From: Obrimoposthia wandeli | Taxonomy: Eukaryota | DNA length: 64,000 nt | Direction of reading: 5' to 3' | Assembly: GCA_977020255.1 (NCBI GenBank) | Contig: CDROCS010000194.1 | Location: forward strand, 372,001 to 436,000 | Shown: positions 12,901 to 25,523 of the stretch, one piece after another | How positions within the stretch are numbered: position 1 is the first letter of the stretch | Layout: each line of letters starts with the position of its first letter | The notes under the pieces: generated by a model | Seen by the model: only the letters and a program-made list of their open reading frames with translations | The model's database searches: none | What the model was told of the DNA's origin: nothing | Translations under genes and position numbers: made by a program

Positions 12901-14863
12901 ATCAAGATGAAATCTTACTGAAACTGTTTAAAATTTAAATAATCGACAATAACTTCAATTGCATTGTACACATCTTTGATAGGAACTCCAGCTTCAACAA
13001 TATCGTCATTACCAACATCATCATCACAAGTTTTTCTAGTTTAATCCGAAGAAAAAAGTTGAATAATTTCCTTGTCGGTTACGTTGTCACCAGTTTCTGC
13101 CTTAACAGTTTCTAGATCATTTATATATTGTTTGGATGGATACAAACCATTGAAAATCGAATGAAATTCTTCTTCGATGATGTTTTCTTCTGATTCTATA
13201 ATACCAGTTTTCCAAAAACTATTTTTGATCGTCTCTAGTTCTACTCTTCTCCAAGAAAGGTCAATCAAGAAAATTGTTTTTTTTTACATTTACATGATAC
13301 TTTTCATCTTTTTCGAAATGAGTCAAATATTCTTAAACTAATAGCTTACGAAAAAATAATTTAACATTTTTATTATCCCAGCGTCCATCGGTTGTAAATT
13401 AGTTGTAGTATTTTTGGCAGCATGATAATTTCGAATTTTGAGTATGATTTTGTTGTTATACACGGAAGGTCAACTAAAAGAGTAAATTTTCTTTTATAAA
13501 TGGAAAATTCGTCGTTCAAATGTGATAAGAACTTTCCATACATCACTGATGTCATCCATGCTTTGCTATTAGAATAATAATAAGCAAACTTATAAACATC
13601 GAAATTTTTAATTCATCTTAGTTTTTTTTGAGTGACCTATAATAAAGGATTTGATCTTAATCGTTCCACTTGTGTTTGTACATAGAGCTACAGTTATTTT
13701 TTTGAAAATGTTGATACCCTTTCTGTTTTTATCAGATATGGAATGCTTGATAGAATAAACCCGTCTCATCCATGTTTAATATAGTGTCTGGATCAAGACC
13801 ATTTAACAAGTCTAACCTTTTCTTTCTTCCACATTGAACATCTTCAATGGAAGTAGAATTTGCTTCACCATAAAGAATTATTTTCCTGAGGTTATGACGA
13901 CACTTAAAGCAATGTTGCCAGCCATTTGAAAATGCAAAATCACTAACACATAATTCGTTTGCAAAAGATTTAGATTTTTCACCGATAATCTCGTCATTTA
14001 TAAAGCCATTGTTAGCATTCATTAATCCAATCCACCCTGTGAGAGCAACTTCCAAACTTTATTACACCTGTAATCATTTTTCCTTCGCAATTCAGCCATT
14101 TTCAAAAATCTTTAGAATGTCCGATATTGTAGAAATATCCAAATTGATCCCATTTTCTCTTAAAATTAATGATTTATCCAAAAATATTTATTAAATTTGT
14201 AATCCGATATTTTCATTTTTGCAAGCAAAATAAATCAATTTTTTCTTTCGGATCACGGGGTTCGGATTAAAGAAACACATTTGCATTAATTCGAATCAAA
14301 ATATTCACTAGTCTAATTTTTCCGGATTATCGAGATTTCTGGATTATCGAGGGTTTACTGTATAACTAAAATTTTCAGTAAAATGAATCGCCCATGCACA
14401 AATTTTGGACTAGGAAATTACAAATGAATTTAATAATTAATAATTTAAAGCTTTTTGTACATTACTTAAATAGACATAACAGTTAAAAATTACCGTGATA
14501 GTTATCTCTGTTGATTAAAGTATGTACCACATTTCCAACTATTGACTTTATAACTGCAATCTGTACACTTCCGAATTCATCATATACACGCTTCGGTAGA
14601 CTTAATACTTCCACATTGTTTTTCTGAGATATATGTACAATTTCTTCCACATTTTCAACTTCTAAAGCTACGTCAAATACACTGTCAATGTGACTTTCAT
14701 CATGTGTATATGCAACCAATCTTGCATTCTCTGATTTCATTACACATGTATCTTTTGTTTTCGAAATTATTTGAAAGCCAAAAGAATCACATAAAAATGT
14801 ACATGTCGGTAAAAGGGATTTTGTACTTAATCCAATATGGTGAATACCTTTCAATAGACCCAT
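6912..14863 (-). CDS. HPDL: 4-hydroxyphenylpyruvate dioxygenase-like protein, 6 exons: 14863-14494, 12131-11960, 11063-10912, 10216-10065, 8511-8399, 7092-6912
   Basis: The exons join in phase through GT-AG sites. Motifs: IHHIGL, FLPGF, FDHLTYA, LKAFDYWKC, EHEGAGVQHIGL, and C-terminal [38 protein letters not shown], which matches the HPDL rather than the HPD C-terminus. Confidence 0.9.
7440..7900 (-). mobile_element. Highly degenerate Tc1-like transposase remnant
   Basis: The minus strand reads SVEDDRSLLRMIQRQPLVT, similar to the Tc1 HTH region (TxxxDRxIxR...); many stops. Confidence 0.3.
9360..9560 (+). mobile_element. Mariner (DD34D) transposase C-terminal remnant in HPDL intron 4
   Basis: FHLDNARPHV...EHPPYYPCMAPSDYLLF matches the mariner HDNARPH and HPPYSPDLAPSD motifs. 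Confidence 0.72.
12272..12705 (+). mobile_element. 5' part of a maT/DD37D-like (IS630-Tc1-mariner) element, truncated by the Tigger insertion
   Basis: TA|CAGGGTGTCCC terminus. ORF 12406-12645 (YYENNMSIISTIRAYNKKY...RRIMKKLETG) resembles the N-terminal HTH of this group. Confidence 0.55.
12706..14360 (-). mobile_element. Tigger/pogo DNA transposon, degenerate
   Basis: Imperfect TIRs (TAGTCAACACTCGATAATCC / GGATTATCGAGGGTTTACTG) flanked by TA. CENP-B HTH (FSNGW..CFKCRH), LNMDETGLFY and SWRRVELETIKNSFWKTG motifs. Confidence 0.85.
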
Positions 14864-15653
14864 AGTAATATTCTTAATGTATTATTTAATTATCATAAAG
14901 TAAGCAATACTCAGTATTTATTGAGAAATATTCAGTTAAAATTATTTTTCTGTTACGACGTTTTGAACTTTTGAAAAAATATATCTATTAAAACAGTAAC
15001 TTCAGTTTTTAAAAAAACATCTAACTTTTAAATTTAAAAATTAAGAATAAGAATGAAAAACAATTATTTTTAGTTTTTAACTACTTATTATGTTAAATAA
15101 CATATATTATTTTATGTATTTGATATTATATAACTTAAAATTTTTATATAGAAGAAATTGTTAATTTATTTAAATTTATCTTACAAGAACTTTTGAAAAT
15201 TTGCAGCACTCGGATAGTTTGTATAAAGATATTTTTACTATTTTGAGAACTATTTTTTACTATTTTACTAATTTTTTTAAATAGAAATTTATACAACTTT
15301 CTTTAATTTATTTTGTATTTAAATTTTTTTAAATTTCCTATTTGAAACAAGTTCAGATGGTATAAACTTATGTTCTTTATAACCTTTTGTTATGATTTTT
15401 TGTTAAAAATAATTTCATTTAGTAAAATTAATATTTAAAAAAAAAAAAATTTAAATTTTATAATTTTTCATAAAAATTTGCGTAAAATATATTACATTAT
15501 AAAGATTGCTAAAATTTCATTATTCTTAACAAAATTGCAAGATGCGAATTGTCCATAGAAACAGGTATTAAAACAGTAAACTTTATTAGTGAATCAGATT
15601 CAAATAAACGCAAATGTGTTGCATCACGCCTAGATATGGTGATTTTTATCATC

Positions 15654-17175
15654 GATTTTTGACTTCTTATTTTCTTTTATATCTTAGCCGTCTCTAACAT
15701 TTATCATTGTTTATATAAACATCACATTTACAACTCGTTCCTTTAATTTAATATATTTTGACAATGTTTTAAATAATTTTTTGATGGCATAAAATATTAA
15801 TTTGAATATTTTACAATTTTCAGGAAAGAAATATTTTTAAAGTATAATAGTGAAAAGCAGTATAAAAATATTCTTATTTAATTTCCTACTTTGGTCTAAC
15901 TAAATCTCTAAATCCCGTTTTTGACATTGGAATCAATTTAAATCAGACAATGACTGAAAAAAAATTATTTTTCAAATATATTTGAAACAAATAGTATTTG
16001 TTCTTTTTCATTAGTAAATTAATATTATTTAAATCCATTAAAGAAAATAAGTTTATAAATTATAAACTAGACAATCTTAATGAATTAATTATTATACACA
16101 AATATTGGTTTTAATTAACAATTTCGATATGATTAATTTAAAAAGTTTAATAAAATATCTAAATATTTTAAAAATATTTTATAATTAGAAACAAAATAGG
16201 GAAAAATAACATTTCAAAGATAACATTATTAGTACTACATTATATATATCTCTATGTATATAAACTACTTTTATTTTTTATTAAATTTAAATATTTTTAA
16301 TATTGTTTTTAATGATTAGTTATTATCTTTCTAATTGTGATTATTAATGTTATATAGTTCAGATTTAAAATTAAGAAAACTTTCAGTAAATTAAAACTAG
16401 TTGTTTAGTCAATTGATTTTTGACTTCTTATTTTCTTTTATATCTTAGCCGTCTCTAACATTTATCATTGTTTATATAAACATCACATTTACAACTCGTT
16501 CCTTTAATTTAATATATTTTGACAATGTTTTAAATAATTTTTTGATGGCATAAAATATTAATTTGAATATTTTACAATTTTCAGGAAAGAAATATTTTTA
16601 AAGTATAATAGTGAAAAGCAGTATAAAAATATTCTTATTTAATTTCCTACTTTGGTCTAACTAAATCTCTAAATCCCGTTTTTGACATTGGAATCAATTT
16701 AAATCAGACAATGACTGAAAAAAAATTATTTTTCAAATATATTTGAAACAAATAGTATTTGTTCTTTTTCATTAGTAAATTAATATTATTTAAATCCATT
16801 AAAGAAAATAAGTTTATAAATTATAAACTAGACAATCTTAATGAATTAATTATTATACACAAATATTGGTTTTAATTAACAATTTCGATATGATTAATTT
16901 AAAAAGTTTAATAAAATATCTAAATATTTTAAAAATATTTTATAATTAGAAACAAAATAGGGAAAAATAACATTTCAAAGATAACATTATTAGTACTACA
17001 TTATATATATCTCTATGTATATAAACTACTTTTATTTTTTATTAAATTTAAATATTTTTAATATTGTTTTTAATGATTAGTTATTATCTTTCTAATTGTG
17101 ATTATTAATGTTATATAGTTCAGATTTAAAATTAAGAAAACTTTCAGTAAATTAAAACTAGTTGTTTAGTCAATT
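15654..17175. repeat. Head-to-tail tandem duplication, 2 x 761 bp, apparently identical copies
   Basis: 15654-16414 is repeated at 16415-17175 (GACTTCTTAT at 15661 and 16422). Confidence 0.95.
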
Positions 17176-18399
17176 GTATTTTCAACATAGATCCAAAATA
17201 TAACACGATAATTAAAATTTTAAATAATTTATGTTATAAAATAAATATTAAAACAATGTTGTATATAACTTTTATAAACTGAGATATTATTCTATATAAT
17301 ATTCTATAAACATATCCATAATTTCTTCATACTATAGTTTTATTTTTTTTAATTTAAATAATATTTATATATTTTGTAGATTCACACAATTTATATGAAC
17401 AAATAAAAAAATATTCAACCTCACTTTATTTATCTTTTATGATGTGAGGAATAGTTTGATTATATTTGTTTAAAATTATTTTGTAAAATTTATTTTAAAC
17501 CTTCAATAAAGATCAAAACAATACAATTACATAATGAATTTTAGTAGATATAAAAAATCTAAAAATTAGTGGACGTTTTATAGCCACTGAAATAGTTATC
17601 AATCAAATAATTGTAGTAAGTTAGTATAAATAGAATGTTAGTTTGTCAGAAAAACCAATGAACTTGAGACTTTGTTGATCATAATTAAGCTTTCGAATTT
17701 CAATATTCATTAAAAAATCTCAGATATTAGTTACCTAATTTAAAAGAAGTTCCAAAAAAATTGGAAAGATTCAGCACTCTAAACTCTATACATTGTTTGA
17801 TACAAATAATTTTATTATTGGGATTATTTTTAATAATAAATATAAAAACTGTGAAACATTATTATTTAGGAAATAACCAATAAAGTTAAAATATTTTTCA
17901 AAATGTATGAGGTAAGTAAGGTTTATATAAATAATAGTGATTCTAATTGGAACAAAAATTATATATTTAATATGCAGTTTAATTTGGATGTAATGCAAAT
18001 TTATTTGTTAAGTATTTTGATATTAAAACTAAAATTTTTCACTGTTAAACTGCATTAAACAATATCGAGAATTCATCAGATTTAGATTAGATTTCAGACT
18101 GGTAAACCTTCTGATAATGTTTTACTGTTGGCTATATTAATAAATAACCGGTATTTTACTTATAACTGAGCATAAAACTGAGTTCAAAATTTGATTTACA
18201 CTGAATATACTTAGAAAGTTATTATCGTTAGCAGATAAATACGTCAAGGCTAGCCCATGCAGATCGCTACTCTTACAATATTTCATGAGCTCAAACAATT
18301 CTGAAACAATGCTGACAGTAAAATTATCTGCCCTTTTTAACTCTGTTTTATTATTTTTTTAACCCACCTCCATGGATAACACGGTGGGTGGATGATTCG

Positions 18400-19740
18400 A
18401 ACGATTTTGGTATTTTTAAAATAGGACGTTTCGGACTTTCAAGATTTGTTTTCTTTTAATTTATTTAATTTATTTTGTGTCAATTTAGTTTATTTGAAGA
18501 TGGTGTTCATTCTAGTAGATTTATAAAAAAAATTGGGTAAATTTACAAGATTTTAATTTTTTATAATTGTTGTATGTTGGATAATAATAATTGTGACAAT
18601 GAATGTAATTATGATAATCATAGTAATAATAATAATAATAATCGACATATGTATCACTATGTATTGATTCGTTTTATCTATCTGTGATGATATGAAATAA
18701 ATGTTATATGGTTATGCTATTTATCTTGGCTTTAACCTATACAGAATCCTATAATAATTTAGATTATAAACTAATCTAAATTATTATAGGATTCTGTATA
18801 GGTTAAAGCCAAGATAAATAGCACAACCATATAACATTTATAAAAAGTGTTCGTTCCAATAGTATTTTTGGGTAAATTTATAGGATTTTCTAAGTCAATT
18901 TACAAGATTTAATTTTATATAATTTAGTTTGGTTGAAAATGGTGTTTGATATTTTTGGGATTTAGAAAAAAATTAATTTGAGAAAATTTATAGGTATTTA
19001 TGGTCAATTTATGAGTTTATTGTGTCAATATTATCATAAAGAATCAAATTTAAGGAAATTTATAAGAAATAGATAGTTTTTTATACGTACGAGCCCAGCA
19101 ATCTTTCAATGCGCCTTTACCCTGATTATGAAAAGATTCCTACAAAAATGGGACAATCCACTGATTCATGTCCACATAGAATACATCTTAACAATTAATA
19201 GCCCAAAAGCACCAATGTGGGATCAGATCATATTTCACAACATGAATCTACAGATCAACCATGAAAAGTCACAGTTATTTAAAGCTTTAGTATTTTTTTT
19301 TGCACAGTATTTTCATCGACCTAATTACGCAAGTAGCGGACCTTTCGGAGGAAAAATGGTGCACATGCGACGACATAATCCAACAAGATTTTTCAGAAGA
19401 GGCCGTAGGATTTATTAATAAATAATAATAACATTTAATTTTTCTCTACGTTGACTCAACTTTCTTTTTTAAAAAAATTACCTATTTCTTATAAATTTAC
19501 TTAAATCTTATAAATTAACCCAATTAACCCAAAAATCTTATAAATTTACCAAAAAAACTGTAAATTGGCTCAAATCTTAATTTTTCATAAAAATTCCCTA
19601 AAAAAACGAACACTATTTTCAACTAAACTATATAAAATTAAAATCTTATATATTGACCCAAAAATCTATAAGAATGGAGATCATCTTTAACTAATCTAAA
19701 TTGACATAAAATATTTTTTAAATCTTGAAATTAGAAGAAA
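18400..19740. mobile_element. Foldback/MULE-family non-autonomous element with modular inverted arms
   Basis: Starts with GGACGTTTCGGACTTTCAAG, as at 27865. T-rich modules (TTTATAAGATTT-like) on the left, their reverse complements (AAATCTTATAAA) at 19480-19740. The core at 19310-19385 matches 28165-28240 in reverse complement. Confidence 0.55.
18698..18840. repeat. 143-bp near-perfect palindrome (69-bp arms, 5-nt spacer, 1 mismatch)
   Basis: 18698-18766 is the reverse complement of 18772-18840 except for one position; the spacer is TAAAC. Confidence 0.95.
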
Positions 19741-19819
19741 AAAATCTTGGACAAGGATGACAAAACAAATTGGAATTAAAGGTATCTACCAAGTTAGAAC
19801 TGTCGAAGCTCATCATAGA

Positions 19820-22800
19820 AAAAGGATAATTAGTCCAGGAATCAAATGCTTCTGATGTGGAGATGAAGGCCATGTTTCTTTGTGGAAGAAAAACGCAGAT
19901 GCTCCATCTGTAATATAGTCGAGCTTACCAAACGAGAATCAAAAAACACTAAGGGAGTTCGTATGCACCAGCGGCTCTCCCAATGATATGGCGTATATTC
20001 CAACAGTTATTATCCATGTTGGAACTAAAGCTTTAAAAGCAATGGTTGATACGGGTTGTTCGAGATCCATTCTTTTGAATGCGTTGACAGTCAAAGGATC
20101 AATCACAAATTTTGATCATAACATAAAATTAGTGAACAGAGAAAATGTAAATTCGAGGAAGTTCATAGAATGTGAAGTTAATGTCAATGAACGTAAAATT
20201 TGGCTAAATTGCATCGTTTCTGGTATAGTACCTGGCTATGACATGTTGTTGGAATGTTAAGTTTGGCCAATTCAATGATGTCTGTGCGGTATCAGACTCT
20301 TCGAATCCGGTTAAAGTTGATGATCATGGGAAAGTGCTTCCGAGCAAACGGTTATCTTTAGAACCAAAAGTTGATAGTGAGATGGAAAAAATATTTGGAT
20401 GTGGTTTTACAGTGAATAGTACATTCAAGTCAAATGATGAAACTTGTCTACATGAAGGAGGAATGAGGAATCCCATTCCGGTAGAAGTCGTGGATGTCGT
20501 GGATACGGATTTCCATACAAAGTTCAAGAATGGAAGATGGAACGCGAGATAGGAATGGAAAGAAGGAATCGTGAAGCCAACTCTACAGAACCAGGTGAGT
20601 CAATACTGGGTAAAGAATGAGGTACTAAATAAACTTGAAGAAGAGATTGAAGAATGGATAGAACAAGGTTGGCTGAGACAGTGCGTTCTGTGATGGACTA
20701 CCGAGAGCTTAACGATTATGTTTCAAATCATACAGCTCAAAGTGAAGTATGCAGCGAAAAGCTGAGAGAATAGAGGAGATTGGGAGACAACTTAAGCATA
20801 GTGAACTTAAGGAAGGTTTATCTACAAATCCATGTTGACCGAAGTTTGTGGAAGTATTAAGTTGTAGTTTACAAAGGAGTTCAATACTGTTTAACGCGTT
20901 TTGGTTTTGGACACATTAGCTCCAAAGATTATTATCTGCAATCGTAGGGAAAGTTTTGTCAATGGATCAAACGGTGGCGAGTGGAACGGATTCTTACGTA
21001 TCTGATATAGTTGTTAATGAAGAGGTAGTATCTACTGAAGGGGTTATCAATATGTTTTTAAAGTACGGGTTGGAATCGAATCCGCCAGAAAAGCTGAATG
21101 GGTAGAGTGCTGGGACTGCAAATTTATCAAACCCAAAATGTGATGGTATGGAAGCGTGACAATATACAGGTTACAGTGAATTACAATTTAACGCAAAGGC
21201 AATTGTTTTCTCACTGCGGTCAGATGATTGGACCTTTTCCCAAAACTGGATGATAGATACCGGCGTGTAGTTATTTGTAAAGATTGATAAACGGTGCTAA
21301 TTGGGAAGACAACATGGAGAGGAAAATTGTTGAAAAGCTGAAAGAAATTGAGGAACATGATTCGGAAAACGATTATGTGCGAGAAATCTGGAGAGTGACT
21401 GATACGATTGAAGGAACAGTTTGGTGTGATCCTAGCAGTCTCGCAATGGGAGTCGTAGTGGAAATTGATGGTTTGATATTTGAAGATTTCAGTTGGTTGC
21501 CGAAGGAAGAGGACTCCTTTCATATCAATTTGGCAGAGTTAGAAGCAGTTGTCAAAGAACTTAATTGTGTGATCAAGTGTAGGCTGTTGTGAATTCTTGT
21601 TTATACAGATTCGTTTACGGTTGGGTAAAGTCAATTTCATCGAGAGACACGCGAGTATAGGCGACTGAATCTATTAAAAACCCTTATAGTAGAATGAAAA
21701 TTAACTGTTAGTATCAGGCTAGTAAAGTCAGCAGGAAACAAAGCTGTACGAGCTTACCAGAGCGCCTCAAAAGTGGCTCAATCGTGCAAGTGTAGCATGC
21801 AGCAGCATCATCGGCAATGAAGCATAAATATTGGCAGTGTACAATCTGAATCATCTTGGCGTTGACAGAATTACGTATATTTTAAAAGTCAGTATCCTGA
21901 ACTCAATGTAAAACGAGAAGAAGTAGCAGCTGTCATAGAACGCTGTTTTAAATATAAAAGCATATATCCAGCACCAATTCGTTGGGAACATGGTGAGTTA
22001 TCTGTTGATGCGAATTGAAGTCGATTGGCCTGGGATGTAACCAATTATTTAAGGAAGTATAACTTATCTATTATCGATTGTGAACCAAGCCGATTCACAA
22101 TATGGAAGTTGCTCAATGATGAGACACAGTATTCATAATCGATGTCTTCAGAGAACATGGGCCCCCATATGAGTTGTTTATGGATACTAGCCCAACCTTT
22201 AAGTCACGACAATTTCACAACGCTGGTGGATCATGGAAGGTCAATTGAGTGTTTCGATGTGCTTATCGACCACCAGGAAATGGGATAGTGGAACGTGTTC
22301 ACAGAACTATCAAACGAATGGCTGCCAGAAGCGATGCAAATGTCTGCGACATGTGTTTTAAGTATAATGTTTCTTTGAAATGTAGTAACAAGGACAAGTC
22401 TGTTCCCGTACGAGAACTGTTTACATATACAAATGGCGAAATGAAAATGGCGAAAAATGAACCAAAGTTGTCGACATACCCAAACATTACAGGTTACTAT
22501 ATGGATCAAGATGTATTTGTCAAACCTCCCAATGACCGTTACACATCAGTTTGGCCTAAAGGAGTTATTACTGGTTTGAGTGGAGCAACACAGATAGAAA
22601 TTGACAGAGTTCCTCGATACATGGCCGACATCAGACCGATTCCAATACCACTACCAGACGGCCAGAGACAATTGCGAATGAAGGAGAAAAAGAAGTCGCT
22701 TCCGAGGTGCCAGAGAATGCCCACAAAGAGCCGTACGGCAACCGGAATATTTGGAAGACTATGTGTGATCTAGAGATCATGGGGGATTGTTGGTTTGGGG

Positions 22801-22889
22801 TTTTGTTTGAATTAAATTAATGAAATTAAAATTAACTTTTAAGTAAACGAAAATAAAAAGAATAGGCAATAAGCTGCTTTTGGCATACA
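19820..22889 (+). mobile_element. 5'-truncated, heavily degenerate Ty3/Gypsy LTR retrotransposon
   Basis: Ordered remnants: CCHC (KCF*CGDEGH), PR (KAMVDTGCSRS), RT (DYRELN, YLQIHVD), RNase H (CDPSSLAMG, HINLAELEAV), IN (HLGVDR, RPPGNGIVERVHRTIKRM). A purine tract at about 22780 is followed by a candidate short 3' LTR TG...CA at 22788-22889. Confidence 0.9.
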
Positions 22890-22949
22890 ATGGGGGAAAT
22901 TTATATAGTCTTGTCACGATGAAGTATGAATCTATTGGGAGGATGGAGG

Positions 22950-23480
22950 TTCAAATAGTCATCGTGATTATCGTGCTATCTTGAAACGCATATGCGGTTG
23001 AGGTGCATAAATCGAAGGAAAATGTTTCTAGCCTCAAGTTTTGACAAGCTAATGGAATCATGTTAGTTGAGATCAAAACATTCAACAAGGATGTCTATCG
23101 TAGAAAGTTAAATAAACTAGATGTAGCTATCAAACAGAAAGGAGTCGTCTCTTTGGCCTTAATTAATTATGAATTAAATACATTAGTTGCATGCTAATGC
23201 TAGGTCCCATACTGCTCATAAATCAATTGCCACACTTAATGTTATTGTATTTAATGGTTTTATCATCCCCTATGTTATCCAGACCTTGCAACCTCAGATT
23301 TTGTCTCTCTTTTAGTCAATGAAATTTAGCCTCCAGTTAAAGTCATTTTAAAAACACGAGAAGAAGTTATTGCTGCTATTCCGGAATGGACTGTTCCAAG
23401 ATCACCAAACTTCATATTAAATGGAATTAATAAACTACATGTTCGTTACGAAAATGTATAAAAATAACCGTAATAACTTT
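22950..23480 (+). mobile_element. Mariner transposase remnant
   Basis: HANARSHTA and HPLCYPDLATSDF correspond to the mariner HDNARPH and HPPYSPDLAPSDF motifs. Confidence 0.6.
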
Positions 23481-24129
23481 GAACACCTTAAACATGTTGA
23501 TAATGAACAAATAAATCTACGTTGTTGAGTTTTAAATTTAAATTTACTATATATCGGACTGAACTTTATTGTCAAACCTGTACTATCGTTGTTTTCGGAC
23601 TACCGAGAAAAGTGTTTCAATGACAAATAGTGATCTGATAAAAAAAACCAAAGAAGGCATTTACACCTTTTTGTTCTTCCTGGGTTTCATGTTTATTTAA
23701 AAATTGTGCAAAAATGAACTTATAAACACCCTGCATAAAATATATAAATAATCCATATTTTTATTTTACTTTTCTATAAGTCATGTATTATTAGTAACAA
23801 CTAATTATTACTTGTTGACTGTTATGATCAATACACAGCTGAAACCGTCCTCTTGTGGATTTTCTGAAGGTGTTCAGTATTGATGTTTTGAGACTCATTG
23901 GAGATAATGTCCTTTACACTTTCAACCGTCTGACACACTGAGAAGAGTTTTGGATGTTTTAATACCCTCACAAAACACTATCGCATGAAGTAAAGCCTGG
24001 ACTCATTGCTTACTAAGCACTTGGGAACAATACTAACCCAACGATTTCAGAAAACACCACCAAGGTACGTTCTTGTGACTGATGCTGTGGGAAATAGGAG
24101 TTCCATCATGTCGAAAATGAAAACAATAT

Positions 24130-24850
24130 AATAATCTTAACTTTTGTAAAGAATTGTATTCTCAACATTGCAATGTAAACATTTGCTGTGACTCTTTATT
24201 TAGGTCAAATTTTCCCATAGACGGTCACCTGACATTGCAACCCACAATATTTACAGTAGGTGATATAACTTGCTCCAGGAAACATAATTTCTGTCGTTCT
24301 TGTTGGCACGATAACGTTACTTTCTGGGTATCCGCTCTTGTTCGTTGGGTTTTGCTTTTAGGAGCACTCCATATTCACATAATTGCCAGGTTAATTTGTT
24401 CTTTTAGTTTATTTGTATGTTCTTGCTCTGTGATCAGCAATGTGTTTCATTATGATGTTTCAACCATCAAAAGAAAGAAATTCATGAGATTATAAAAGAT
24501 TAAAAATTAAGGAAAGGGCCAACGCTTATATTTTCGTTTAATGAAATAATGTTGCACTATTTTATACATTCCCTCTGCAGCTGACTTGTTGATTTCTGAG
24601 TTTCGGGTCCCACTTCGATCATTCCTGCAAAGTTGCCAACCAAAACGAATTTATTTTTTGACCCAAAAAGAAATCATAATTTAGTATCACATTTTGTACA
24701 ACCATCAAACAATTTTGCCATTGCGGTGACTCGCATTTATTTGACTGGATTGTACTATGTATCTTTCAGTTTGTTGACCAACGCTAGCGAAGTAAACCAA
24801 TTTTCACCCACTAATTCATAACCTTTGTCCAGATAAGAAGTAATCAAGCA
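24130..24850 (-). mobile_element. piggyBac-like transposase remnant
   Basis: The minus strand reads GYELVGENWFTSLALVNKL (piggyBac DNWFTS motif), with degenerate C-terminal segments downstream. Confidence 0.5.
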
Positions 24851-25523
24851 CAAACAAAATTGTTCATGTCATCAATTAAATAATTTTTACTGACATAAAC
24901 CAAGTCATTGAGACAAAAAGCAAAACATTCAATATCATATTTTCTCTGCTGTTAGTCCAGACCGGTCATAAATATGATTTTTTTCTAAGATAATTTTCTG
25001 TTAACTTTTCTTTTACATTCCACATTAGATTCATAGTAAAATATTTATTGATTATACCTATAGACTAATAAAAGTACTTTTTAATAATTTATTATCATAG
25101 AAATATATTTTCTGAAAAGGTATAAAAGTATTAATGACATAGAACTATGTTTAATATAGAATAGCACAGAGAAATTTATTTTCAAAAATATAGGGAACTA
25201 ATACAACACCTCGTATATAATATTTAATTAATTTATATTCTTTTATCACACTTGCCTATAAGTCATGTATTATTTCAATATAAAAAGTCATTATGATCCC
25301 TGGAATTTTTGTGAGAAATATTAAATTTAGTCTTACTAATTGAACAAAGTTAATGCTAATTTATTTAATTGAATGTAATACAATTAAGTATAAACATTAT
25401 TTAAAGCCAATTGAAATAAAATTGAATGATAAGTTAATATGACTAGTACAAATAAAGTAGATTAGAGTAGAACACAGTCTACATGCATGTGTGTACATTT
25501 TCGGATCAGGATTGTTGTAACCT

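Noticed and set aside
23820-24120. Minus-strand frames (VRVLKHPKLFSVCQTVESVKD...) as the last exon of a gene
   Set aside because: No phase-compatible link to the SRPBCC-like gene, which already stops at 25524; no recognisable motif.
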